This document shows, in pieces, positions 1 through 8,707 of a stretch of 29,829 nt of DNA. Both the position numbers and the translations under genes were made by a program. The notes below the pieces were generated by a model. The model was not told where the DNA came from. It did not search any database and saw only the letters and a list, made by a program, of their open reading frames with translations. The stretch's first letter is position 1. Each line of letters opens with the position of its first letter. This stretch comes from Abditibacteriaceae bacterium (lineage in GTDB: Bacteria; Armatimonadota; Abditibacteriia; Abditibacteriales; Abditibacteriaceae), in NCBI GenBank assembly GCA_031425655.1, contig JANPJS010000075.1:1-29829 (forward strand). Reading direction: 5' to 3'.

Positions 1-1622
1 GCGCGGCCCGAACCCCAGAGCGCGCCGTAGCTGCAATTGAGGAAAACATTGTCGGCGATCAGCACATTGTGGATGGTGGCTCCTTGCCACCACCACGAGT
101 CGGTGACGACATCCAGCCCTCCGGCGAGTCGCACGAAGTGATTATTGGTCAGTTCCAGCCGCTTGCCGCTTTGAATCATCACGCGCACGCCCGCATCGGA
201 CCAAAGGCAGTTGCGCATCACGAGTTCCATTTGGCGGTCGGCCACGTCTTCGACGAGCGTGCCGCGTTCCAAATCAAGGTCTTGGTCGAAAGTCAGTCGC
301 CAGAACGCTCGATAGCCAGTTTGGTCTTTGAACTTCATGGTGGTGCGGATGAACTCCGCTGCCGGTTCGATCCAGGGCTTGGCCTCGGCGTCGGGCACGC
401 GCTGAGCCGACACCAGTTTGGCGCTGGCAAGCGGCGTGAAATCTCTTTGGTAAAACGCGAAGCGGCTTGCGGGTTCGTCGTCCTGGTAGCGGTGCCAGAT
501 GTTGCTCCACACCACCAACTCGCGCGACCCTGTCTTTTGCCACACCATGTCCATGTTGCTGGAGGACATATCGAGCAGGTCGTCTTGCGAAGTCCGAAAT
601 TCGCAACTGTCCAGCGTCACGCGGCATTGGCGCGTTGACGCCTGCCATCCGCCGCCGCCACAGAGGCGGTTGGTGCCGGGACGTCTGCGCCCTCGCACGC
701 GGGTTAACGTGCAGGTCTCCGTGGCGTTGCGATAGCAAAAGCCGCCTCCGTAGAAATCGAGGTCGCGCACCGTCAGATTGCCGACTTCTTCCAGCACAAA
801 AAGCCAGTCTGGCCCCGACGGCCCAATGGTCGTGAGATTGCCGGGGCTGTAAAGCCGATCCCAGTAGTCGCGTTGCAGGTCTTTGCCTGCCGAAAACGTC
901 ACGCTGCGCCCGTTTGCGCTGAGCGTGGCGTTGTTCCAGGCGAACTGAGACCAGGAAATGTTGGGCAGCCAGATGCCGGCGGGACTGTAGGCGTAGAACA
1001 ACTCGTCTTTGTCCGCTTTAGCCACCAACGCGCGAAAGCCCGGCGCAACTTCCACCGTCACGCGGCGCTTTTCGTAGTCGCTGGCAACGATGCGCCCTTG
1101 CGAATACGGCAACGGATCGAAATCCACCTCCACCGGCCCCACGATCTCGAAGGATTTAACCCGCCAGAGCGAAAACAAAGGCCGCTCGATGGATTCCATG
1201 ATGAGCTGGCAATGCGGCAGGTGCAACGTGAAAGCGTCGAATGTGCCAACTCCAAAATCGCTGCCCTTGGGCAGGCGATAGACGCCGGGCGCAGCATGAA
1301 ACTCGGTTTTCCTGGCAGCGAGGGCCTCGCGGAATTCCTTGATTAACCTTATTCCGGCCCGGCGTTGCTCCGCCACTTGTTCTGCCGAATACACCTGCGG
1401 ATAAACCGGGGCATTTGCATCGTAAGGCTCAGCGGGATCGTAGAGCGTGGAGCCTTGCCGTGGCGTGGCCGGCACTTTGCCCGGCAACGAGCCAACAGCG
1501 GAGTTTTGCGCGACAGCGCGCCCGCTCAGCGATTCCAGCAGCGGCAAAGCCATGCTCACTCCGACGCCGTGCAGGAAAAAGCGGCGGTTCATCAAATTGG
1601 GGGAAGGGTTAGAAGTGTTCAT
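1..1622 (-). CDS. Right-handed beta-helix glycosidase, GH110 (alpha-galactosidase)-like, with Tat-type leader; 3' end runs off the window
   Basis: Not in the ORF track because it has no stop in the window. Hand translation from ATG 1622 is open for 540 codons: MNTSNPSPNLMNRRFFLHGVGVSMALPLLESL...DFDPLPYSQGRI...RRPGTNRL...CEFRTSQDDLLDM...WWWQGATIHNVLIADNVF. These motifs resemble GH110-type beta-helices. Confidence 0.75.
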   Translation of the reverse strand, partial: MNTSNPSPNLMNRRFFLHGVGVSMALPLLESLSGRAVAQNSAVGSLPGKVPATPRQGSTLYDPAEPYDANAPVYPQVYSAEQVAEQRRAGIRLIKEFREALAARKTEFHAAPGVYRLPKGSDFGVGTFDAFTLHLPHCQLIMESIERPLFSLWRVKSFEIVGPVEVDFDPLPYSQGRIVASDYEKRRVTVEVAPGFRALVAKADKDELFYAYSPAGIWLPNISWSQFAWNNATLSANGRSVTFSAGKDLQRDYWDRLYSPGNLTTIGPSGPDWLFVLEEVGNLTVRDLDFYGGGFCYRNATETCTLTRVRGRRRPGTNRLCGGGGWQASTRQCRVTLDSCEFRTSQDDLLDMSSSNMDMVWQKTGSRELVVWSNIWHRYQDDEPASRFAFYQRDFTPLASAKLVSAQRVPDAEAKPWIEPAAEFIRTTMKFKDQTGYRAFWRLTFDQDLDLERGTLVEDVADRQMELVMRNCLWSDAGVRVMIQSGKRLELTNNHFVRLAGGLDVVTDSWWWQGATIHNVLIADNVFLNCSYGALWGSGR

Positions 1623-1706
1623 GGTCGGGACGAGGTTTAGACGCCGTAAATCATGGCTATGAGCAAATAGGGCTTAGAAGTGTTCATGGTCGGGACGAGG
1701 TTAGAC
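1609..1706. repeat. Two-copy direct repeat (period 65 bp) of the gene start region
   Basis: TTAGAAGTGTTCATGGTCGGGACGAGGTT is identical at 1609-1637 and 1674-1702. It extends to 1642/1706 with a one-T indel. Confidence 0.95.
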
Positions 1707-1736
1707 AAGCGGCTCAGTGTTTAGGCATCGCATGGC

Positions 1737-3212
1737 TTACTGCGGGCGGGTGACAGCGTTTTTTTGCGCTTTAATAAGTAGATCGGCGAGGCGCTTCGCT
1801 TGGGCGGCTTGCTCTTGGAACAGGTTCTTGGTTTCGCCGGGGTCTTGGGCAAGATTATAGAGGCCGGGCCGGGCGGGCGCGTCCGCGTTCTTTTTCCATG
1901 TGCCATACCAGCCATCGGCAACAGCGAGGTCGGGCATATATTTCCAAGGACCGCTGCGCAGGGCAAGGTGGCCGTTGCCGCTCTGGACGACGAGGTGGTC
2001 GCGTTTGGGTGCGTCCTTTTCGCCGAGCATCGCGGGCAGAAGGTTGTAGCTATCGGGCAACGCTGCTTTGGGCGGCGTGATGCCGGCGGCGGCGCAGATG
2101 GTGGCGGGCACATCGAGCGTGGATGCGAGGTCGGGCGAAACGCCGGGCTGAATGCGGGCGGGCCAGCGGACGATGAAAGGCACACGGTGGCCGCCTTCCC
2201 AGAGCTGCGATTTCTTGCCGCGAAAGGGGCCAGTGGGGCGGTGCCCTTTTTCGTCGTTCAGATAAGCGCCGTTGTCGCTGCTGTAGACGATGAGGGTGTC
2301 TTTGGCGAGGCCAAGGCGATCGAGCGTTTGAAGTAGCTCGCCGATGGAGGCGTCGAGTTCTTGGAGCGTATCGGCGCGGTTGCCCAGGCCGCTGCTGCCG
2401 GCAAAGCGCGGATTGGGAATGGTGGGCGCGTGAACGTTGTGCGGGGCGAAGAGCAAAAAAAACTTCGCGGCCTTGTTGCGCTCGATGAACTGCACGCACT
2501 CGCGCGTGTGAACATCAGCCAGTTCGGTGTCTTTCCACCACGCAGACTTGCCGCCCTTGGCCCAGCCGATGCGGTTGCGTCCTGCCGCCCATGCGCTTAG
2601 CCCCAGTTGCTTGGCCTCGGCGGCGTCGTAGCTGTAGGTAATCGGGTCTGCGGGGTCGAGTCCCTGCACGCGATAGTCACGCACCAGCACAGTGGGGACG
2701 CGATCATTGGTGGCGGGAATGCCAAAATACTCGTGAAACCCCACTTCCAGCGGGCCAGGGCGAAGTTCTTCGTTAAAATCGGGTTTTTTCAGGCCGAATC
2801 CGAGATGCCATTTGCCGATCAGCGCGGTGCGATAGCCCGCCTGTTTGAGCAAACCGGGCGCGGTGGTCATCGTGGTGGGAATGAGCAGCGGTGATTCCGC
2901 GTTGGCGACACCTTTGTTCAAACCGGCCCCCGTTTGGCGCCAGGAATACTGCCCTGTGAGCAGGGAGTAGCGCGTGGGCGTGCAAACAGCGGCGGACGCG
3001 TGGCCATTTTCAAAGCGCTGCCCTTCCGCTGCCAAACGATCTATGTGCGGTGTCTTCACCTGAGTGGCCCCGTAGCAACCCGCATCGCCCCAACCTACGT
3101 CATCGGCCAGAATCACGATGATATTGGGCTGTTTCGGCGGAGCAGCGGCAGCGTGCCGCGCGGCCAGCGGCGCGAGCAGCAGGGCGGCGAAGAGTGTGAG
3201 GGTGGGGTTCAT
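1737..3212 (-). CDS. Exported Cys-type (S1 family) sulfatase
   Basis: PNIIVILADDVGWGD, CTPTRYSLLTG (CxPxR), GKWHLG, SSDNG, GKKSQLWEGGHRVP, LYNLAQDPGE; N-terminal signal peptide. Confidence 0.95.
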   Translation of the reverse strand: MNPTLTLFAALLLAPLAARHAAAAPPKQPNIIVILADDVGWGDAGCYGATQVKTPHIDRLAAEGQRFENGHASAAVCTPTRYSLLTGQYSWRQTGAGLNKGVANAESPLLIPTTMTTAPGLLKQAGYRTALIGKWHLGFGLKKPDFNEELRPGPLEVGFHEYFGIPATNDRVPTVLVRDYRVQGLDPADPITYSYDAAEAKQLGLSAWAAGRNRIGWAKGGKSAWWKDTELADVHTRECVQFIERNKAAKFFLLFAPHNVHAPTIPNPRFAGSSGLGNRADTLQELDASIGELLQTLDRLGLAKDTLIVYSSDNGAYLNDEKGHRPTGPFRGKKSQLWEGGHRVPFIVRWPARIQPGVSPDLASTLDVPATICAAAGITPPKAALPDSYNLLPAMLGEKDAPKRDHLVVQSGNGHLALRSGPWKYMPDLAVADGWYGTWKKNADAPARPGLYNLAQDPGETKNLFQEQAAQAKRLADLLIKAQKNAVTRPQ

Positions 3213-3218
3213 AGTGAG

Positions 3219-4430
3219 TTATTTCCGTTCTTGGTAATCCGAACTTGCCGTGAGTCCGCCGCTGCGGGCATTCACAAACCACGCGGTGGTTCCGGCGGGC
3301 AGCGGGGCGGTGACGAGCCAACCATGGTCACGCTTTTCAACGGTGGCAGATGACTCGGTCCACTTACGCTTGCCGGTAAAGCCGGTGTCCGTGGTGCTCA
3401 TCAACAGCGCACGGTCGAGCGGTTTCGTGGCGGCGAACTCAACGCGAACGGCGCCGCTTTCGATTTTCGCGCTGGTCTGCACGCACCACGGCTGGCCATC
3501 GCGCACGATGCTCTCGGCGAAGGCATAGCTGTCCGGTGGGTTGTAGGCGGGAGGGTGTCCGTGTCCCATGTCGGGAATGAGCGCGACCATGTGCTTGCCG
3601 GGTGCGCTGCGGTAGCACGCCGCTTGGCAATCGAGCGGAAAATGCTGGTCCTGCGGCCACGAGAACCACAGCACTGGCATCTTCACCCGTGCCATGCGCA
3701 CCAGCGGGTCCCATGCTTCGCGGTAGAGCATGTTGCTCCCCAAGGCCCGGCCATATTGATTATCGGCGTCGAACAGATGTCCGCAGCCATAGGTGGGGAT
3801 GGCAAAGGCGAACCGTGAGTCAATGCCGATGACGGTGCTGGTGATGACCCCGCCCCACGAGACGCCCATGATGCCGACTTTGCCCGCGTCCACCTCCGGC
3901 AGCGAGCGCAGGAGCGAATTGGCCAGCACGGTGTCGGCCACGGCGTGATACATCCACTGTTCGGTCAGCGGCAGGGCCGAATCGCCATAAATCCCGATGC
4001 GCGTCGGACCGGCCCATGCGTGCTGCTTCCATGCTTTGGGATTAGCCGCGTCGCGCTCGTCGGTCTGGCCTTCGACCGCGATGCTGATGGCCGCGAAACC
4101 ATGCTCGTTCCACTTCTTCACCCAATCCTTGAACGCCGTGCCACCCCCGCCGTGCACAAGAACGACCGCTGGCACCTTGCCCGTGCGCATTTTTGGCAAT
4201 CCGAGCCACGCGAAGACCTTCGTCGGCTTTCCTTTCCACGGCAGCGCCTCGAAGAAGACCGCCTTCAGGCCATCCTCGCTGGTCAAGCCCTCCGCCGGTT
4301 GCATCGCGGGCGGCGTGGTGAGCGCGGCGAGTGCAAGGATTTGTTCGCGCGACGCAGCGGTATCGCCGGCATGCAGCGCAGCCAGCGGCGCCAGCAGCAG
4401 GGCGATGAGGAGTGTGAGGGTGTGTTTCAT
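3219..4430 (-). CDS. Exported alpha/beta hydrolase (acetylxylan-esterase/dienelactone-hydrolase-like)
   Basis: VVLVHGGGG oxyanion motif, GVSWGG nucleophile elbow, D in QDQHF and H in GHGH. Start placed at ATG 4430 (ATGA overlap with the upstream stop). Confidence 0.88.
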   Translation of the reverse strand: MKHTLTLLIALLLAPLAALHAGDTAASREQILALAALTTPPAMQPAEGLTSEDGLKAVFFEALPWKGKPTKVFAWLGLPKMRTGKVPAVVLVHGGGGTAFKDWVKKWNEHGFAAISIAVEGQTDERDAANPKAWKQHAWAGPTRIGIYGDSALPLTEQWMYHAVADTVLANSLLRSLPEVDAGKVGIMGVSWGGVITSTVIGIDSRFAFAIPTYGCGHLFDADNQYGRALGSNMLYREAWDPLVRMARVKMPVLWFSWPQDQHFPLDCQAACYRSAPGKHMVALIPDMGHGHPPAYNPPDSYAFAESIVRDGQPWCVQTSAKIESGAVRVEFAATKPLDRALLMSTTDTGFTGKRKWTESSATVEKRDHGWLVTAPLPAGTTAWFVNARSGGLTASSDYQERK

Positions 4431-5551
4431 GGTTTCCAATCTATTCGGGCTTTCTTCGTTTCGAGATTAACGAACACCGAGGCATGGGCAAATTCCCTTT
4501 GGTAACTCCAGCCGGTTTGCTTGGCTTCACCCAAGGGCGCTCCCAACGGTCGCTCCAATTCCGGGTAGGATTCGAGCGTCCCGTGGCGGTCGGTGTAGCC
4601 CCACGAGTAACAAAACAACGACCCCGGACGAGCCGCGACGAGAAAACACGCCAGCGGAAACGTGATCTGTTCGCGGGCGAGCTTCAGCAACTCCGCCTCA
4701 GGCCGCTTCATCATTTCATTATCCATCCAGTTGAAGCCCGGCCAGCCCTTGACCACGACAAACTTGCCCTTGGCTGCCGCCAGCGCGATGGTTTCGATAT
4801 CGGCCCGGATGGCCGCCGCTAGGTTGCTCCTGAACGCCGCGAAATGCTCAATCATCACGCCGTCCAAGCCCTCCCAATCGAGAATTCCCCGAAACTCGGT
4901 AGCGCGTGTTCCGTTGGCCAACACGATCTTGTCCGCGCCCATTTTCCGTTTGGTGAGAGCGATCATTTCACGCAAGCCCGCGACCACCGCCTTGGCCTTT
5001 TCGCTGCCAACCGCCTTCGTCAAAGCCGGAGTGAGCGCCTGCGGCAGTGCGTCCACAAATACCCCGTCAATCGGGCCGCGCTTCATTTCGTTTGCGATCA
5101 CGTCCGACCACCACTCGCGGAACGCCGCGTTCGACGGGTCGGGCCGGGGCGTGCCCGAAGTATGTTTGACGATTTCGCCGCCCGCCGTGCGCAGCGTCCA
5201 CTCCGGCCGATAGGTCTTGAACGCCTCGTAACCACCCCAGTTGATGAAGGCATTGAAATAGAAGAGCACCTTGACCGTCGGATTACGCTGCTTGAGCCGC
5301 CGCGCCGTGTCCGCCACGCCCGCCTCCGTGCTGCCGTGTGCGCTGGCACCGTGCCCCTTTTCCAACGTGACCATAACGCTGTGCTTCGCGAGGAAATCAA
5401 TCTCCGCATCCGTCATGTTGCCACTGCGCTTGCCAAAATGAATGTTCAGCGGCACGCGATCCCAATGGGCCGATGGCGGCGCATCGGCGGCGTGCAACAT
5501 GGCCAACGGCGTGAGCAGCAGAGCGGCGAGCAGGGTGAGGGTGGGTTGCAT
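4427..5551 (-). CDS. Putative glycoside hydrolase, GHL15/GH168 (endo-1,3-fucanase)-like TIM barrel
   Basis: WDRVPLNIHFGK, VTLEKGHG, GSTEAG, NPTVKVLFYFN, DGVFVDA, DGVMIEHF, ACFLVAA, PLGAPLG, REFAHASVFVN match the recalled GHL15/GH168 pattern. GAAAGGA RBS lies before ATG 5551. Confidence 0.75.
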   Translation of the reverse strand: MQPTLTLLAALLLTPLAMLHAADAPPSAHWDRVPLNIHFGKRSGNMTDAEIDFLAKHSVMVTLEKGHGASAHGSTEAGVADTARRLKQRNPTVKVLFYFNAFINWGGYEAFKTYRPEWTLRTAGGEIVKHTSGTPRPDPSNAAFREWWSDVIANEMKRGPIDGVFVDALPQALTPALTKAVGSEKAKAVVAGLREMIALTKRKMGADKIVLANGTRATEFRGILDWEGLDGVMIEHFAAFRSNLAAAIRADIETIALAAAKGKFVVVKGWPGFNWMDNEMMKRPEAELLKLAREQITFPLACFLVAARPGSLFCYSWGYTDRHGTLESYPELERPLGAPLGEAKQTGWSYQREFAHASVFVNLETKKARIDWKP

Positions 5552-5573
5552 GGTGGTTCCTTTCATCTGATGG

Positions 5574-7151
5574 CTACTTTCCAACTGGGCCGACGAACTC
5601 CTCGCGGCTTACTTTGCTGTCGTTATTTTTATCAAAGCGCTTGAAACGTTCTTCGATCTCAGGGCCGTCTTTCTGGCTGTTTTTATATTCTTCAAGCGCG
5701 AGGGAGCCGTCCTTGTTCGTGTCCCAGCGATTGAAAGGCACGTTGCGATCTTTCACGGGCGCTTTCGTCGTTGGGGCCGGACTTCCGATTTCCGGGGAGC
5801 GCTTCTCGGATTCGGTGCCCCGGTCTTTGCTCACGCAGGCGGGATCTGCTTTGGTGGGCAGCGTCGCATTCCAATCACGGACGAGTTTGCTCAGGCGCAG
5901 GGTGATTTCCGGGTGCGCTTGGGCGGCATCCTTGCCGGCGTCTTCGGCGCGATTCGCCTTGAGATTGTGGAGTTCGACCCGCTGGCCATCGAAGGTCGTC
6001 ACCAGTTTCCAATCCCCGTCTCGCACCGCCAGATCAGGCCAGAAGTCGGGGTCCTTCTTGTTGCCGTTGATCCGCCAGAAAATGGGCCGAGTGCGCAGAA
6101 CGGATTCGCCCTTGAGAGCCGGGAGCAGGTTTTCGCCGTCGCCATTGGCGTCGGTCGGCGGGGTGACTCCGGCGGCGGCGCAGAAGGTGGGGAGTAAATC
6201 CACCGCCGTCAGAACCGTGGCGTCGTTTTTCAAGCCGGCCGGAGCATGGCCCGGCCACCGCACGATGAACGGCACGCGCACACCGCCTTCAAAGAGACTG
6301 GTCTTTTGTCCCCGCAGGCCGCCGCTTTCACCGATGCTGTAGTGGCTGCGATATTTTCCGGGAACGCCTTTGTCGTTTTCCTTGGACTTCGCCGGGCCGT
6401 TATCGCTGGAAAAAACCACAAGGGTGTTCTGCGCGATTCCGCAACGCTCCAGCGCATCGAGGATCATGCCGACTTTGTTGTCGCCGTCGGTGATGACCGC
6501 CGCGTAAACCTGTTGCCGCGGGTCGAGATGTTTCCACCGCGCCATGGCTTCGTCCGACGGGCTGTGGGCCAGATGGCTCTCGTGCAGCCATACGTTCACG
6601 TAGAACGGACGGCCTTTGTTTGCCTCGATGAACTTCACCGCCTGGTTGGGAATATCGTTCCCCGATGGTCCGACTTTCGGCCCTGGTCCGTGATAGACCG
6701 CCGACTCGTCAATGCCGTAGTCCGCCATGGTCGGTTTCCCTTCCCCCAGATGCCATTTGCCAAAGTGCCCCGTGCGATAGCCTGCTGCTTTGAGCAAGCG
6801 TGGTGTCGTGGGTGCCTTGGGGTCCAACCAGTCCGGCATCTCCGGCGGCTTGCCGACACCGAAAACCTTATTTATTCCGAAGCGACCCGGAAAACGTCCC
6901 GTCAGGGCCGCCGCACGACTGGGCGAGCAGATCGGACTGAGCACATTGAACTGCTGGAAATCAATGCCCTCACTCGCGAGTTTGTCGAGGCGCGGAGTTT
7001 TCAACCACGTGTTGCCGTGACAGGATAGATCGCCCCAGCCCCAGTCATCGGCGTAGATAAATACGATGTTGGGTTTGGGCGCATCCGCGGCTTGCAGCGC
7101 AGCCAGCGGCGCGAGCAGCAGCGTGGCGAGGAGTGTGAGGGCGATTTTCAT
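5574..7151 (-). CDS. Exported Cys-type sulfatase with C-terminal EF-hand pair
   Basis: PNIVFIYADDWGWGD, CSPSRAAALTG, GKWHLG, SSDNGP, FEGGVRVP; tail DTNKDGSLALEE and DKNNDSKVSREE. AAAGGA RBS lies before ATG 7151. Confidence 0.95.
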   Translation of the reverse strand: MKIALTLLATLLLAPLAALQAADAPKPNIVFIYADDWGWGDLSCHGNTWLKTPRLDKLASEGIDFQQFNVLSPICSPSRAAALTGRFPGRFGINKVFGVGKPPEMPDWLDPKAPTTPRLLKAAGYRTGHFGKWHLGEGKPTMADYGIDESAVYHGPGPKVGPSGNDIPNQAVKFIEANKGRPFYVNVWLHESHLAHSPSDEAMARWKHLDPRQQVYAAVITDGDNKVGMILDALERCGIAQNTLVVFSSDNGPAKSKENDKGVPGKYRSHYSIGESGGLRGQKTSLFEGGVRVPFIVRWPGHAPAGLKNDATVLTAVDLLPTFCAAAGVTPPTDANGDGENLLPALKGESVLRTRPIFWRINGNKKDPDFWPDLAVRDGDWKLVTTFDGQRVELHNLKANRAEDAGKDAAQAHPEITLRLSKLVRDWNATLPTKADPACVSKDRGTESEKRSPEIGSPAPTTKAPVKDRNVPFNRWDTNKDGSLALEEYKNSQKDGPEIEERFKRFDKNNDSKVSREEFVGPVGK

Positions 7152-7348
7152 TGCGGTTCCTTTTTGGCGGTTTGCCATTCACTCAAGCCGCTGCATATTT
7201 CGGTCGTGAATTTTATGTTTTCCGCGTCATAATGTTTGTCTGCGCGGCAAAGCGAACGCGCTGCGAAAAAAACAATTCTGCGCCCAGCAAAAAGGAGTCG
7301 CCTTCGTCGTTGGAATTCAGCATTTCGACGAGCTGAAAACTGGTCTGC

Positions 7349-8707
7349 TTATGGGACTTTCGCGCCCGTTTTAATCGCCTCGCCATATTGCGGGAAGAGG
7401 AACAGCGCGGGAAATTCGTCTTTGGCGGTGCTGTCGGGGCTGCCGTAATGCCAGTGCAGCACGCCGGCGAAGGCGTGCGCACCGAGGGCTTGATGAAATT
7501 CGCGCAGCAAGTTCACGCCAACGTCGTGGGGGATATTCTGCCAGTCGGGGCCGCGACGCATGTGATGCGCGGCGACACCGCTTTCGCCGACGAGGATGGG
7601 CTTGCCAAGGCGTTTGGCCTGCGCGGCGAGCAAGGTCAATTCAGCGGAGTCGAGATCGCGCTGAAGGTGTTGGGCGATGGTTTCGGTCTTGGATTTTGCG
7701 GCGTAGAGGTGAATATCCACAAAGTCGAGGCTCGAATCCAGCAGCGCCAGCGGGCGGGCGGGCACGCGCATATCTTTGGTTTGATCCTTCGACCAAGTGC
7801 CCGGCCCTTGCCTGCCGACGGCGGCGAAGGTGAAGACGCTGGCGCTCACCAAAGCCTGCTTGTCGGCGGCGTGAATGGCATCGGCGCAGGCGGTCGCCCA
7901 GGCGCGGGTCGCGGCGTCCATCAACGCCTGTGCGCCGCTGTCGGTTGTGAGGTCGAACTCACGCCCGCCAAAGGCAAACGCCGCCGGACGCGAGAGGAAC
8001 GGCTCCTGATCGAAATAGAAATGCACCTCGTTTTCCAGCTCCCAAGCGAGCACGACGGGCAACAGTTCCGGCGCGCTGTTACGAAGTGCTTCAATGAGCG
8101 CGCGGATGGCGTTGGCCTTGGCGCGGATGGGTTTTGGCGTGAGGCGGAAGCCGTTGACCTTGAGTTGTTGTTTGGAATCCGTCACCCAGCCGTGTCGGGC
8201 TTCGTCAGCGAGCGGCATCTCCGCCCAGGCGCGCGAATCCGGCGTCCACATATCCCAACAAAGAATGACGCGGATGCCCTGGGTTTGCGCGGCGCGCAGA
8301 AAATGGACGAGATTGCGGAGGTAGGCGGGGTTTACCTCGCCCAATTGAGCCTGCGTGACGATGCCGTTGGCCCCGCTGTGGTTGCTCAAAAACGAGCGAA
8401 CGGTGTTGAAGCCATCGCGCGACAGGCTTTCCATCATGCGCGTGATGAACGTCTCGTCGTAGCTGCCGGGACTGAAGGCCGCGTGGCCTTGTTTCTTCTC
8501 ATCAACCGGGCCAAGGCGATAATAATTCACTCCGAGCGGGCGAAAGGGCTTGCCGGTGCCCGTATCCACGAAACGCCCGTCGCGCATGGCGATGCGGCTC
8601 GTCTGGGTTTTGTTTTTCACTGGATTTGGTTTGGTTGGCTCCGCCGCCGGCGCGACAGCCAGAGGCGCGAGCAGCAGGGCGGCGAAAAGTGCAAAGGCGC
8701 GTTTCAT
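7349..8707 (-). CDS. Clan GH-A (GH5/cellulase-like) glycoside hydrolase
   Basis: PLGVNYY, GFNTVRSF, AWELENE (acid/base), DFVDIHLY, KPILVGESG (nucleophile). The real start is MKRAFALF at 8707 (ATGA overlap). Confidence 0.82.
   Translation of the reverse strand: MKRAFALFAALLLAPLAVAPAAEPTKPNPVKNKTQTSRIAMRDGRFVDTGTGKPFRPLGVNYYRLGPVDEKKQGHAAFSPGSYDETFITRMMESLSRDGFNTVRSFLSNHSGANGIVTQAQLGEVNPAYLRNLVHFLRAAQTQGIRVILCWDMWTPDSRAWAEMPLADEARHGWVTDSKQQLKVNGFRLTPKPIRAKANAIRALIEALRNSAPELLPVVLAWELENEVHFYFDQEPFLSRPAAFAFGGREFDLTTDSGAQALMDAATRAWATACADAIHAADKQALVSASVFTFAAVGRQGPGTWSKDQTKDMRVPARPLALLDSSLDFVDIHLYAAKSKTETIAQHLQRDLDSAELTLLAAQAKRLGKPILVGESGVAAHHMRRGPDWQNIPHDVGVNLLREFHQALGAHAFAGVLHWHYGSPDSTAKDEFPALFLFPQYGEAIKTGAKVP

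Noticed and set aside
1609..1706. 29-bp repeat with 36-bp spacer as a mini-CRISPR
   Set aside because: Only two copies, non-palindromic, one contains a gene start codon, and no cas genes are present.
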